From the NCBI GenBank assembly GCA_965153285.1, contig OZ229115.1: DNA of 64,000 nt, one strand, 5' to 3'. This document shows, piece by piece, positions 11,240 to 24,979 of this stretch. The translations under genes and the position numbers were made by a program. The notes under the pieces are model-generated. The model was given only the letters and a program-made list of their open reading frames with translations, searched no databases and had not been told where the DNA came from. The first letter of the stretch is position 1, and each line of letters begins with the position of its first letter. Origin of the DNA: Podarcis tiliguerta (taxonomy: Eukaryota).

Positions 11240-12663
11240 GTACGGGTTCTTCCTTGGGCAGCGAAGGGCCCGGACGCCGGAGGACCCGCCTTGTCCGCCT
11301 CCCTCAGCGGCTCGGGCGAGTCGGCGTAGGGAATCCTCCCCTCGCCTCTGCTTGCCCTGAAGGCCTGGCGGCGGTGCCCAGCCTTCTCTCGCCGCCCCGT
11401 GCGCGCTTACTCCACACACGCGATCTCGCGCTCACACGAGCGCTGCGAACCGACAGCAGCTGGCTAGGCAGTGTAAACCGGCGGCGTTTGTGTTTTGAGC
11501 GGGTTTGTGTTGCTTTCCCAGACAGGCGGTGTTGCATCCCCCCCCCCCCAAATTAGCCTTCAAACTCCTTTGCAGTGTCCCTTTATTGTGCGCATAAGCA
11601 GGGACCGCACCGTGCATGTTGTTGGGTTTGTTTTGCTTTTAGTACTTCGTTTCGCCTGTAGTTTTATTTCGCATTTTCATGCTGTGAACCAGCCCCGAGA
11701 TCTTCGGGTCTTGAAGGGCGGCATACCGATTTAATAAAATAAATGGACGTCATTGGGCTGTGTGTGTGAGAAAGAGAGAGAATTTATGCACGGTAGTGCA
11801 GCAGCCTGAAAAGGTATTGATCTGCTGTTGCCTGATCAAAATACGAAACTTCGCAGGAAGTTTTGGAAGAGTGTGTTTTGTACATCTGACAGCTGAATGT
11901 GCATATATAGTGTAAACATAGGCAGACTACAAATTCAATGGCTCCTCCCGCAGAGACCTGCCCCTGTTTGGGTTAAAATCAGGGACGGAGGAGGTTGTTC
12001 TGCAGTTGAATAGGTTCATCCCTCTGAGGGCCTTTTCAGTGGCGCCCCATTTGTGTAACATCCTTCCAGCTTAAATAAGTTGGCAGTGATTCTTCTGTTA
12101 AACAGTTTTCACCCGCTGAAGCATGTGTTTATCAAGTAGAGTGGGGTTGTTGTTTTTTGCTGCATCCTGGTTTGCTGTCCTGCTTTGGTGGTTTTATTTG
12201 CCTGTTACTTGAGATTGCACCCTGTACTTGGATAATTTGTCAAGGAAGAAAGGATTATATCTACCTGTCTGGTAGGCAAGATTGGGACTCCAAACTATGT
12301 TAGAATTTGGGTACTGAAATGATCTCAATTTCTGTTCAAAAATATGACCAATGTTTTATTTTGTGTAATATCACTGTGCCCTTATAACTGGAACTTGTCT
12401 AGCACAAATAATTGCATCATATCATTGGAATCTTATTGGAATCTAAGAACAGCAGCAAAAAAAACACATATGTAACAATAATATGTTGTCTAGAAATATA
12501 TGGTGCATCTCTGGTAGGGCATAGTATTATACCCCTAAAGCAGCTAGCACGTTTTGTTTCTTTTGCTATGGTAGTATAAACTCTTTGTTCCTTAACTTAA
12601 ATAAGTATTCCTCCTCCGATAAGCTTGTCCTGTGTTAAAAAGGATTTGAATGGTTTGGGAGAA

Positions 12664-12852
12664 AGGGCCACAGTTCAGTTGTAGAGCGTCTGCTTTGCAC
12701 ACAGAACTCTCAGGTTCAATCCCTGCTGTCTCTAGGTAGGTTTAGGCATGGCCTCTGCCTGAAACTTTTGGAGAGCCTTTGCCGGTCAAAACTGACAGTA
12801 CTGAGCTAGATGCACAATAGTCAGATTCAGTATAAAGCAGCCTTGTATGCTT
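12664..12852 (+). mobile_element. Old tRNA-derived SINE
   Basis: Decayed A box (agttcagttgtagagc), B box (ggttcaatccc) and LINE-derived tail gattcagtataaagcagcc. Confidence 0.65.
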
Positions 12853-13560
12853 GCTGCAACAGTAAGTCAACAAATGAATGATATTCTGTGAGTGCCAACA
12901 ACAATTCCCATATCTCAAACATTAAATCAGAAGAGTTGCATGAGAAATGTGACGAGTTGTACAGTTGTAAAGTACTATGATATATGGAAGTGTGTACAAT
13001 AATTATGGTTTAAGCCGACAAAAAACTGATAATGTCATATAATAGCATAGAGTACATAAATAACTTTCATGAGTCCTTCTTTCTTAAAGAATAAAAAAGT
13101 GACTTTGTGTGCATGGTTGGCCAACTCATTCCATAGGTGTGCTCAAATATATTTTATCAGTATTTAGGTGCCAGCATCAAATGTTTTATGGCAGCACAAA
13201 TAGGTTCATAGAACTTAATTTGCCTGGCTCTCTGGGGATTGTGCCCATAGGTAATAATCCAGAAATGGTTACAACTTCATATTTAAACTGGTTTTATGAA
13301 TGTGTGCTGTTTTAAGTGGGCATTGGATTTTGCTACTGTTTATTTTCAAGTTTTTTATGAGGCTGTAACATTTAGGTATAACTTCTGGACAGTAACAGAA
13401 TTTCAGAATTACGGCACAGCACTTTTTGTGCAGCATAACTATATCCATGCAGATTAATAGATCTCACAATAGATAAGGTAAGCCTTAGAAGTTATATATA
13501 TCTATTTGAAGCATCCCCCCCCCCCCCTATTTTTCAGGAGCCTCCTAACACTGGGAAGCA

Positions 13561-14140
13561 ATGGAAGTAACAACAAGTCAAACGCAACCTTGCAATGAAA
13601 AGCAGCTGCCAAATTCTGAAGGTGGATACGTGTGGCAGGTTACCGACATGAATCGACTGCGTCGTTTCTTGTGTTTTGGTTCTGAGGGAGGTACTTACTA
13701 CATCAAGGAACAAAAGTTGGGCTTTGAAAATGCAGATGCTCTGCTGAGGCTTATTGAAGATGGCAGAGGCTGTGACGTGGTACAGGAAATAAAGACGTTC
13801 AGTCAAGAAGGGAGGGCAGCAAAACAGGAGCCAGCATTGTTTGCACTTGCTGTTTGTTCACAGTGTTCTGATTCCAAAACAAAACAAGCAGCTTATAAGG
13901 CTGTCCCTGAAGTTTGTCGTATACCAACCCATCTCTTCACTTTCATTCAGTTTAAAAAGGATCTGAAGGAGGGCATGAAATGTGGCATGTGGGGCCGTGC
14001 CCTAAGAAAAGCTGTTGCGGAGTGGTACAATGGGAAGAATGACATGGCTATTGCTTTAGCGGTGACAAAATATAAGAAAAGAAATGGCTGGTGTCATAAA
14101 GATCTTCTCAGGTTATCCCATCTGAAGCCTGCAAATGAAG
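13561..14140 (+). CDS. RO60: RO60 (TROVE2, Ro 60 kDa Y-RNA-binding protein) first coding exon (580 nt CDS; acceptor at 13537)
   Basis: [26 protein letters not shown]...[17 protein letters not shown] domain; GT donor at 14141. Confidence 0.98.
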
Positions 14141-14705
14141 GTAACAACAACTGGGAATAATTGTCTGGAGTAAGCACTGTCTGTTTGAGTGTGTAAGAAA
14201 TGAAAGAATGAGGAATGAAGCCTCCATAAAACTGGGGAGCTGTTGTTGCCCAGGCTCATTTAGACTTGCAGAAATGAGTGACCACACATTTTGAAATCAG
14301 ATACTTAGAAGTATAACCATGTGGTTTTACTCATGGCTTTCATCGTAATGGGAGAAACTGTCCTTAGTCTGTTACTACCATGTTAAGTAGAATGACAAAA
14401 ATCTCACTTTAAAAAAAAAAATCACTTTTTTACTTTATGCTTATGTATGGTCCGTTTCATTCTATACAGTAAAATGAAGGGAAAATGTGTCTCAAATAGC
14501 TAATAAATTATTGGTTTTTTACATTATAACTGAATTATCTCTGATCATAGTTTTGATATTTTTCTGCAAGCTGTAAATGTATTTATACTGATGTGCATTT
14601 GCATAATCTGCTGTAGATAAAAAACCTGGTCACTTCTTATTAACCATCCTGTTAATAAGCTGTTATGCAAGAGTTACTGAGTATAGCTTTTTTCTATTTC
14701 AACAG

Positions 14706-14926
14706 GCCTTGCCGTAGTCACTAAGTATGTAATGAAAGGGTGGAAGGAAGTCCAAGAAGCATATAAAGACAGCAAGCTTTCTCCTGAGACTGAAAAACTG
14801 ATAAAATATTTGGAGGCAGTGGAGAGGGTGAAGCATACAAAGGATGAATTGGAAGTGATTCATTTGATAGAAGAATACAGTTTAGTTAGGGAACACCTTC
14901 TCACAAATCATTTGAAATCTAAAGAG
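14706..14926 (+). CDS. RO60: RO60 coding exon 2 (221 nt)
   Basis: [15 protein letters not shown]...[15 protein letters not shown]; CAG/GTGAGT. Confidence 0.97.
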
Positions 14927-15071
14927 GTGAGTGCATTAAATTTGTTATGTGCACTAACTGTGTAGTTAACGTGATGATGTGCAATTGCCTGTTGATTCTT
15001 AAATGGTTAAATGTAATATATCCTCATTTTAAAACACCATATCCTGGTCTTTCTATCTCAATCTGTACAAG

Positions 15072-15218
15072 GTGTGGAAAGCATTGTTACAGGAGATGCC
15101 CTTAACGGCAATGTTGAGGAATCTAGGAAAGATGACAGCAAATTCTGTTCTTGAACCGGGAAGCCCAGAAGTAGCAGCAGTTTGTGAAAGACTAAGAAAC
15201 GAAAAACTTCTTAAAAAG
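15072..15218 (+). CDS. RO60: RO60 coding exon 3 (147 nt)
   Basis: [27 protein letters not shown]...EKLLKK; AAG acceptor, GTGAG donor. Confidence 0.97.
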
Positions 15219-15879
15219 GTGAGACTCTCATGTGTGTACTATGCTAATGCAGCTCTGTGCAGTTGAAGTAGATCATTCCAATAATAGAAATTGGTGTTGA
15301 AGGTGTAACTACACTTGCAACTAAAAACAGCAATTTCACTTAAGTGTGAAATTTTGATTGAAATATATTGAACCTGCAAACAGCGTAGAGATGGAAGAAA
15401 GTTGGCCACTATTTCTAGTTTAAGGAATTGCGGGTGTTGTGGATAAGGTTATAAAAACAAGAATCTTATGAGGTCTTTCTCCTGCACATTGCCATATGTT
15501 CAGGAAATCGATTGATCAAGGAAAATGTTGGGAAGCATTTTCTCAGAAAAGGATAAGTATTGTGGAATTGACAAAACAACGGCACATTATTACGATCTCC
15601 ACCATTCTGAGTAGCATTTTAAAGGACCATCATTTTGTAGGAAGAACAAAAACCTTTTACTCAAATGGGAAATAAATCTTTCTTTTACTCAATTTGGAAG
15701 AGGGTTAATCCTGCAATGAGGGTTCTAGAGTAAAGTATGATGGAAAGAGTAGAAACACATTAATTGGAGGCAGAGGGTATTGATGTTTCAACATCTTAGA
15801 TCTGATGTGAGGGCATCAGAGAGAAGTTGCTAAAAACAGCAACCCTAAAACAAATTGAAAACCTGGATATCTCAACATA

Positions 15880-16114
15880 CAGTCGTACCTTGGTTCTCGA
15901 ACAGAATGCGTTCCGGGAGTCCGTTTGACTCCTGGAACCATTCGAAAACCAAGGCGCGGCTTCTGATTGGCTGCAGGAGCGTCCCTCAGGCAATCAGAAG
16001 TTGTGGAAGCCACACCGGACGTTTGACTTCCAAAAATCATTCGAAACCCAGAACACTCACTTCTGGGTTTCGATTGTTAGGGAGCCAAGGCATTTGAAAT
16101 CCAATGTACAACAG
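15880..16114. mobile_element. Tigger/pogo-like MITE
   Basis: TA-flanked imperfect TIRs CAGTCGTACCTTGG / CCAATGTACAACAG. Confidence 0.65.
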
Positions 16115-16297
16115 TACATTGTGTGGACATCTTGAAAGCCCCCTTTTGGTGTAAAGTGAAGATTACACAAAAGTTCAGAAAAAAAAATGTAAGCTAGGAT
16201 GGTCAGAAGACAACTTAAGATGACAACACTTTTTTTTGTATTTAGAATATTGTTTTGTCAATTATATGTCTTTGAGAATGCAGCCCTCTTTTTCTAG

Positions 16298-16435
16298 GCT
16301 CGAATACATCCATTCCATGTTTTGGTTGCACTAGAAAACTACAAAGGAGAACGTGGTTATCGGGGAAAACTTCGCTGGCAGCCTGATAATGATATTTTGG
16401 AAGCACTTGATGCCTCATTTTACAAGACCTTCAAG
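16298..16435 (+). CDS. RO60: RO60 coding exon 4 (138 nt)
   Basis: [46 protein letters not shown]; TAG/GT. Confidence 0.97.
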
Positions 16436-16954
16436 GTAGTTGTCAGTTGTAGCTGCAGAAGTTCACACCTGTTTTAACAGCATGTTGATTTAACCTTTAT
16501 TTTGAATCTATCCATACATACACATATAGTATCAGCCTCCAGATGAGCAATCTTCATTTAAGAGAGTATTCAATTTTAATAATAAAGGTTTAAGGACAGG
16601 ATGATCAGAGTGTCTTAAGGACTCTGAAAAACAGAAATCTTTTGCTTCTCTGCCTCCTTTCTTGTCCTGGCTAAGTCCCATGGAGACCCATTCTGCAGAT
16701 TACGCTGCTTCAGCCACTTCCTCCTTCTGAGTTCTCTGAGGCCTTGTATTTGGGGGAGAGAGAGATTATAAAGAACAACATCTTGTGCATCCTTCTCATA
16801 CTGTGTGGTCTTCTAGTTCTGGGCAACAGCCAATGTTGTGCCTGTAGCGTGACTTCCTTTGCTCGAGGGTCCCTCAAACAGACCTGGAGACTTGTGGGGA
16901 ACAAGGGGATGGGGGACGGGACGATGACAACCATTTTGCACAAGCTGCTTCCTT

Positions 16955-17200
16955 TACTGTGAGAAGCGAAGTTACAGGGAACCAGGCAGAGGGCCTTCTT
17001 GGTAGTGCTGCCCTCCGTGTGGAACACCCTCCCCTCAGATGTCAAGAAGATAAAGAACACAACCTTTAGAAGACATCTGAAGGCAGCCCTGTATTGGGAA
17101 GTTTTTAATGCTTGATACTTTACTGTGTTTTTAAATATGCTGCCCAGAGTGGCTGGGGAAACCCAGCCAGATGGATGGGGTATAAATAATAAAAGTATTT
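16955..17200 (+). mobile_element. L2-like LINE 3' end
   Basis: agggccttcttggtagtgctgccctccgtgtggaac...gctgcccagagtggctgggg...ggtataaataataaa; inverted copy at ~24025-24360. Confidence 0.65.
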
Positions 17201-17362
17201 ATTTTTATCATCATCATCATTATTATTAGCAATTGACATAGTTTGGACATCACCCTCTTTTTCTTCAAGGTAGCAATTGCTTGTTCTCAATGTATGCTTA
17301 TGCTATGAAAGCATAATAATAACAACCACTCTCCCAATTTACCTCTCACACTCTTTCTTTAG

Positions 17363-17479
17363 ACAATGGAGCCAACAGGGAAGCGTTTCATGCTTGCAAT
17401 TGATGTCAGTGACTCTATGTTCCAAAAGGTTTTGGGTAGTGTGCTGAATGCTAGTACAGTTGCTGCAGCAATGTGTATG
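17363..17479 (+). CDS. RO60: RO60 coding exon 5 (117 nt), vWA MIDAS motif
   Basis: [39 protein letters not shown] with DxSxS; TAG/GTAAGT. Confidence 0.97.
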
Positions 17480-18212
17480 GTAAGTTACGTTTGTTTCACC
17501 AAATTATTTCAACCCAAATTTGAATGCTGAAGTAGCTTGCTGTTGTCTTTCATGCCCAGACATGCACGCTGTCTACAGACCTAATCAAGAGACACTTAAA
17601 AACTTAAGTGGGGGTAGTGTAAGAGAGTAGCTTAGTGAGTCTTTCCTCATTTTTTAAAAACAATTACTTTAAAAGATAAAAGCATGCTTGCAAAGCAAAC
17701 GTAATAACCCCATCGAAATTTTTATCATCTAAAAGTATAATGCAGATAATCATGCATGTATTTGGGGTGGTTGTGGAAAACAAACAAACAACTTAGTGAG
17801 GGAGCAGTGTCCTCCTTTCTGCTCCCAAATGTCTCACATTAGCACATTTAGAGCAATGCATAGAGATGTGAAGGCCTGGGGGAAGTACAGGAAAATTGGG
17901 GGGAAATGGGTTTCCTCCCAATTTTTCCATTTTCTCCCCAGGCCTTCACATCTCTAGGGAGGCACGAAGGAGCCAGCTTGAGCAGCAAAAGAGATACAAG
18001 AGGATGGAGGGATCTGCTAAAGAGTGATAAGTTTGACGTGAGAAGTGCAATAGGAGAGGAGTTGAAGGGGAAATGTGGATATAGCAATGGACACTGTGAA
18101 AATCTTGAGACAGACAGTGGTACTCTTAGGTCTCCCTTCAGAACATAGAACACAAAATGAAAATAACATGGCTTCATTTTCTGTTTTCTGTTTTGTTTAA
18201 CACTCTTACCAG

Positions 18213-18326
18213 GTTGTTGCACGAACTGAAAAAGATTCTCATATTGTTGCCTTTTCCCATGAAATGGTCCCTTGCTCGGTGACTGAGGACATGACATTAC
18301 CTCAAGTGTTACATAAGATGTCTGAG
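18213..18326 (+). CDS. RO60: RO60 coding exon 6 (114 nt)
   Basis: [38 protein letters not shown]; CAG/GT. Confidence 0.96.
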
Positions 18327-19262
18327 GTATCTAAAGCGTTTATATTTGTCTCTAATTTTATATGTGGAAGTTCAACTAATTGTCCTGAATTGCAAAAAGG
18401 GAATACTGGTAAACTTTCTCCCTCATTTTGAACAAAATATTTTATAAATAATATTTTGAAGTATTTTGTTCACTTTCAGATTATTTTTTCACCTTTAAAT
18501 TAAACTGAAGCTGCTTTTGATAATATTTTCATGCAGTTTTCACTGTTCTCCAATCTATATATAATCCTATACATATGGACTTGGATGCAAATCCACTTGT
18601 GTTCAATGGGATTTTCCATCTAGTAAGTATATTTAAGATCTTAAAATCTGTGATTAGTTTGTTTGAAAAGATGGAATTGAGAACTTCAACATCAATAGAC
18701 ACAACAAAAATATAGAACTAAAATTCATTTTTGCTATTGAACATCATTATATGTACATGACACTTTACATAGTTGCATGCCAAAATCGAAGAAAAACAAA
18801 ACCGAGGAAGACCAAGGGCAGTTGCCTGTATTTAAGCTTTGTCGCAGTTGAGGCTGAGCATAGATTTGAAGTGATATTGGAAGGCAGAGGGAGAAAGAAA
18901 GAGACATTATATAGGAGTTCTAAGGATAAGGGACAGAAAGAGAATGTGGCTAACACTGTTGTAAGAATAGGAGTCTTTGGGTCAATTGCTGGCAATAGAG
19001 TTTGAGTAAATGTTGTGGACAGGGATGTAAAAGGAAATAAGAGCACAGAGAGATACTAGGGCAAAACCTTGGAGAGCTATATGGGTAAAAACAAAAAGTT
19101 TATCCTGGATGCTGAAGAGTATAGGAAGTCGTCAGGGATTTGCGGAGGGCTTCTCAGAGTGCACCAGTGTGAGAGATGAGTAGAGTTTTGAACCGAAGTA
19201 CAGTTCCCATCTAAAACGTCTGCTGACTTGTTTTGTTAATAATGGTTTCTTATTTTTCCTAG

Positions 19263-19409
19263 ATTCCAATGGGTGCCACAGATTGCTCTCTTCCAATGCT
19301 ATGGGCTCAGAAGACAGGTGTAGCTGTTGATGTCTTTATTGTGTTAACAGATAATGAGACATTTGCTGGAGATACTCATCCTGCCACAGCCTTGAGGACG
19401 TATAGAGAG
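19263..19409 (+). CDS. RO60: RO60 coding exon 7 (147 nt)
   Basis: [49 protein letters not shown]; TAG/GT. Confidence 0.97.
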
Positions 19410-20054
19410 GTAAAATGCCCTTTGTACAACTTTGCCATGAAGTTGTTTCTGTAGGAAATAGCTGATTTTTAAATAGTTCCCAGCTTTTAAAAGGATGACT
19501 GCTATGTCGCAGAAATAAAAACTCTTTAGAATCATTTATGCGTGGCAGTTGAAACTACAATATTAGTGGCTGGCACACTGTTAAAAATATTCCAGTTTGC
19601 AACAGCAGCACTCAAAAATAAAGCATTTTCTTCAAACATTTTGCTCACTTCACATTTACTCTGGTCAGTATCAGTGTAAGATGCTGTACTTTGTGGCTCT
19701 GCATCATAGTCAACCAGACTTGTGCATGTGTGGCTATAAAAGCTCTCCAAAAGCCAAGCCGGGCCAATAAGAAAATGATTTCCGTAGGTAGGACAGATAG
19801 GCAATGGCAGTACAACCTCTCTTTTGTCCTAATGTGCAGCAGCAGGGGATGTTACTGTACTGGAAAACAGATGGAATTGGAAACCCAGGGAAATTGTCAA
19901 TGAATACTTTGCATGCAAAGAGGTGGGGCAGGTCAGCCGGGTTTCCTGTATCTGTCACAGTAAAGTGTAAAAGACTTGGCTTTTGTAAAGAGTTCATACT
20001 TGGTTGTGCAGCTGCACACTGGAAAAAACATGTTTCTTTTTCTTCTTCCTTTAG

Positions 20055-20207
20055 AGAATGGGTATTCCATCCAAGCTGATAGTTTGTGGGTTGACATCCA
20101 ACAGTTTTACCATTGCAGACCCAGATGACAGAGGCATGCTGGACATTTGTGGCTTTGACACAGGAGCACCAGATGTCATTCGAAACTTCACTTTGGATTT
20201 GATTTAA
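20055..20207 (+). CDS. RO60: RO60 last coding exon (153 nt incl. TAA)
   Basis: [50 protein letters not shown]; eight exons sum to 1617 nt = 538 aa. Confidence 0.97.
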   Translation, partial: RMGIPSKLIVCGLTSNSFTIADPDDRGMLDICGFDTGAPDVIRNFTLDLI

Positions 20208-22317
20208 ATCTGTGAGCACCTGCTTTACTGAATCTGTTACTTGCTGAAGACTTTGACCTGGGACTTACCAGTCGGATTGACTGACTGTACTAACTTATGA
20301 CTGAGTTTGACTCATCAATTGGAAAGTTGAACTTTTTTAAAGGGGATGTACAGACACGTAGAGGCAGAATCCACTTTCTGGGGAGATTGTTTACGTCTGT
20401 TGCATATAGTTTTAAAATAGCAGTGGAAGGCCTTATAGAAATACCTATGGAACACCATATGTGTTTAATTTTATTAATAGCTTACCAATAGCAAGGTATT
20501 CCATCAATTTATACATTATTTTCTGAGAATAATTTTATTCTGTTACTTCCAGGATGGGAAGTGATTTTAAGATTTTTACATTGTGTTGGGTTAATAACTG
20601 TTTGCTTGAGTAGCTGTTACTCATTGTATTGAAAAGGAAAAGTGAGACCAAGTCTGCACTACAGGTTAACTCACTTTTATTAATGTGTGTTGGTTCACAT
20701 TGTGTACACCACACTTAATTTTAGCAACTTGCTGCTTTCAGTGCTCCTTTTATTTGTAGGGGGTTCTGTTTCTATAAGTGTTGGGATATTTTTTTGGACA
20801 ACTGGATTGTCCCAAGGGATATGTGGGTGGTGTTTGGTCTTCAGCCTCCTCCTTCATCATTCCTTGTTTCAAAACAAGTCTTGCAAGAATTGCACGATTT
20901 CGTAGTCATGCATTCTCATCACACTAATTCACGAATAAGCATATTTTAAATTTTATACGTTTGCTGATACGAAGAAGGATCACCAAGCAAGTTTGTCTTT
21001 TTGCACATTTTAATCAAAGGCAAATGAAATTACAAACCTCACCATTTGAAGCACAGGGACAAAGAAGTAGAGAGGATTGTTGGCAAAGATAAAAATTGGG
21101 ACAAGTAATTTCATGCTAGTAAATGGTGTAGGGAATATGCCCTGAAACAGTCTTTTAAGTGTGACAGCACTGAACCTGTACAGGTTTCCAGGTATTTTGA
21201 GTGCAGTTGATACCAGTGAGAAGCTAAATTCTAGTCAACAGTGATTTGTGGTATACTATTAGTGCAGGCAAAGCCCATGGACCAACCTTGTAGTTTTCAC
21301 CTCTGCTATGTATAATAGGGAAATGCTTATGGAATGCACTAGACCACACAACTGTGATAGGGGTACAAAAGCTACATATATTTTAAACTGAACGGGGGAG
21401 TTTTAATTAAATTATAATGGATTTTTTTGGTCTTTTCCGGAGCTGAATGTATTGGTACATACTACTACCATTACCTTATCTATGAGCATTATAGGTAACA
21501 AACTGCCCTTCTTTATGCCTTGTTCACTTTGTTCAAAACCCATTTCCTTCCACCAGCTTCTACGGAAAGTTTTAATATATTGAGTTCTTCTTTACAGGGC
21601 ACTAGTGTTAATCAGTGCAACTGGTAGAGCAAAATTGATACTTATGCATGTATACTGGAGTCCTGAAATATGCCATATAATACAAAAAATAACAACCACA
21701 TCTTTCCTTTCTGATGTTTTAGTCCTAGGTTGATAAATTTCTTTCAAGTGTTCTTTTGAAAACACTTCTCAATGCAAACACTAATCTAATGTCAAAATCC
21801 AGGGTAATTATAGCAAAGTAATTACACAGTGCATTCTGCAAACATTTTATAGTCCACAATTTGTATAGGCCTCAGCCTAGTAAACATTTGATTAAATTGT
21901 AATGAGCAGGGATGCAGCAACTGCCTGCATCTTATCCAGTCAAAAGTGTTTGCACTGCATTTTGTGTAAAGTACCTACTATAGGTACTTGCATTTTTTCA
22001 CAACTTCAGAATGTTACTTGCAAATGCTATCCCCCCCCCCTTTTTAATTCTTAAAATGGCTAGAGAATCCAGGAAATCACAATTTGCAATTGTTGAAGGA
22101 TGTGCATCTAGTAGTTATGTAAGTAGTGGCATATGTTTAATACAGGACTGCAAAGTTTGACTAAGTGTAGAATAATTCATTAAATTTTTTGATCAAAAAG
22201 ATTAATAGAGTAACACATTTTCAATAATAGTAATGTAAGTACTTCACCTGGAAATTCCAGGCATTGTCTTAGAAAAGTCCAAGATTAATATATTCAAGAT
22301 AATTAATAATTTGGTAC

Positions 22318-22844
22318 CTGGAGTACTGTGTCCAGTTCTGGGCACCACAGTTCAAGAAGGACACTGACAAACTAGAACGTGTACAGAGGAGGGCAACCAA
22401 AATGGTCAAAGGCCTGGAAACAATGCCTTATGAGGATCGGCTAAGGGAGCTGGGCATGTTTAGCCTGGAGAAGAGGAGGTTAAGGGGGGATATGATAGCC
22501 ATGTTCAAATATATAAAAGGATGTCACATAGAGGAGGGAGAAAGGTTGTTTTCTGCTGCTCCAGAGAAGCGGACACGGAGCAATGGATCCAAACTACAAG
22601 AAAGAAGATTCCACCTAAACATTAGGAAGAACTTCCTGACAGTAAGAGCTGTTCGACAGTGGAATTTGCTGCCAAGGAGTGTGGTGGAGTCTCCTTCTTT
22701 GGAGGTCTTTAAGCAGAGGCTTGACAACCATATGTCAGGAGTGCTCTGATGGTGTTTCCTGCTTGGCAGGGGGTTGGACTCGATGACCCTTGTGGTCTCT
22801 TCCAACTCTATGATTCTATGATTCTATGATTCTATGATTCTATG
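22318..22844 (+). mobile_element. CR1 LINE 3' fragment (young)
   Basis: Open RT C-terminus ([37 protein letters not shown]) and diagnostic (ATTCTATG)n tail. Confidence 0.95.
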
Positions 22845-24024
22845 GTACAGTTCTTTAGAAGGAGATTGTTTCTGTAATTGCCAAGATGCATAGTTACTTT
22901 TCTGCCCTTCACAGAAGCAGCCATCCATCAGAAGCAGCTATATTTAAAATATTGCCGTATGAAGTACTTGTGGCTGCAATCTCTTGTCTAATTTTTTTTA
23001 TTAAAGGAGGCAAGTGTCTAAAAATGTTACCATAACACTCTGCTGCTTTTCTAATATCTTGGGTGATATTTGTTTTAGATTAGCTGTTGTGTACATAGCA
23101 GGCATTATTTCCTTCTTGTTAAAAGATAATAATTCTGTTAGGAGTATTATGCCTCTTCCTGTAGAGAGGTGCCCTACATGGATTAGATGCATGATTGATC
23201 AACAAATACTATTGACAGTTTCTGACCAAATGAACAGAACTACTGCCCTCTCCCTAGGTATGAGAATATCAAAAGCACAGAAAATGGTGAATGATAGAAT
23301 AGGAAATTGCTGCTAAGTGTGAAAATAGTTGCTACACATACAACGTTACTAACATAAAGTATGTTTTTTTACAGCGTTGGTAAAAGTTTGGTGTAAACAT
23401 TAGGCGAGTCAGAATAAGTTAATTGTTCAAGTAGAAAGAAGCTGACATGACTTTGTGTGGCTTTAGCACAAATTTGATTCATTGAAAACTAAAAGGAATA
23501 GCTGTAACTACTATATTTGTACGCTTTCAAAATTAAGTACAGTTAACTCGTGTTATACACATTTCGCTTGTGTGCATTCAGTTTTATGCACTTGGCAAGT
23601 TAAAAGCAAACAAACAAGGAGGCAGACCTAAAAAACCCCCCTAACCTTCACAATTCCATCCATCATTGCATCCAGTATGTTTTGACTATATGTAATTTTC
23701 ACTTCATGCATTACCCCTGGCATGTAACTCCCACGTAAGTTTGAGAGTTGCCTGTTTCCAGTTGTTTTGCAGGCTGAGATTTAGGGCCTGTTCCTTTGTA
23801 GAGGAATGCCAGTGGATTTGCAGGAAAGATGCAGACTAAACCAGGGGAGGCTGATTGGTGACTTCCAGATGTTGCTGGACTCTTAACACCCATCAGACCT
23901 TGACAGCATATCCAGTAATGATGGGAGTTGTAATACAGCAGTGTCTGAAGGTCCACTGGTTGGCCACTCCCCTGTCATAAACATTGGTGAGATTTTGAAG
24001 AGTTAATAGTACTAACACTAATAA

Positions 24025-24360
24025 TTTTATTATTTGTATTCCGCCCATCTGACTGGGTTGCCCCAGCCACTCTGGGCGGCTCCCAACAGAATATTAAAAA
24101 CACAATAAAACATCAAACATTAAAACTGTCCTTAAACAGGGCTGCCTTCAGATATCTTCTCAAAGTCAATTAGTTGTTTATTTCCTTGACATTTGATGGG
24201 AGGGCATTCCCGCAGGGTGGGCTCCACCACCAAAAAGGCCTTCTGCCTGGTTCCCTGTAGCTTCACTTCTCTTCACTTCTGAGGGAACCGCCAGAAGGCC
24301 CTCAGAGCTGGACCTCAGCAGAATGATGGAGGTTAACACACTCCTTCAGGTATACAGGGC
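24025..24360 (-). mobile_element. L2-like LINE 3' end
   Basis: Reverse complement of the 16955-17200 family. Confidence 0.65.
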
Positions 24361-24860
24361 CAAAGCTATGTGTGCCAGGTTATGTCGCTATGCCTTGTAG
24401 AATTTTGCTTCCTACCCCATTAAAGGGTAGTAACTCCACTCCACCCACATAATACATTGCTTTTGAGATTTCCCTTGGCCTCAGAAGAGATTTTCTATAT
24501 GGCTATAGAGTGGGTTGGCTGTTGAGGAAATGCTAGTCAAAGTCTTCTAAGAGCATATTGCATTACTGGTTGTGCAGTTTTGATGCCTCTTTCAGCAAAG
24601 CTGTTTCCCCCCCTCTTTGACGTTTCTTACAGACACTAATCTATGATACACAAAGTATTGGTTCTAGGTCTGTTATTTTGATTAGGCTAGCTGTTTTTAT
24701 TCTCCAGAACTCCTGAGTCGACTTCGTTGAAAAATGCTCATTGTTTGACACACTCCAGGAATGTAAAAGAGCATGGAAAAAGCCAGATGTCATTTGTGAC
24801 CTGCCTGCCAGATGGCATTCAGAATTCAGTTGTTCAAGCAAATGATCTGAATTGCCTTTC

Positions 24861-24979
24861 CAGGCATGGCCAAACTTGGCCCTCCAGTTCCCATCATCCC
24901 TAACCACTGGTCCTGTTAGCTAGGGATGATGGGAGTTGTAGTCCCAAAACACCTGGAGGGCCAAGTTTGGCCATGCCTG
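24861..24979. mobile_element. hAT-like MITE with perfect 27-bp TIRs
   Basis: CAGGCATGGCCAAACTTGGCCCTCCAG ... CTGGAGGGCCAAGTTTGGCCATGCCTG; internal tcccatcatccc/gggatgatggga palindrome. Confidence 0.8.

Larger units (their letters stand above)
9780..11720. promoter_or_regulatory. CpG island / head-to-head promoter region of UCHL5 and RO60
   Basis: GC- and CpG-rich against AT-rich background; NRF1-like GCGCACGCGCA (~10265) and TGCGCGTGCGCA (~10398), E-box TCACGTGA (10283-10290), ETS CCGGAAGT (~10385), ACTACAnnTCCCA pair (10652-10714), AP-1 TGAGTCA (~10951). Confidence 0.85.

Noticed and set aside
10032-11734. Long overlapping ORFs in the CpG island
   Set aside because: Arg/Pro/Gly-rich low-complexity frames expected from high GC; no recognisable domain
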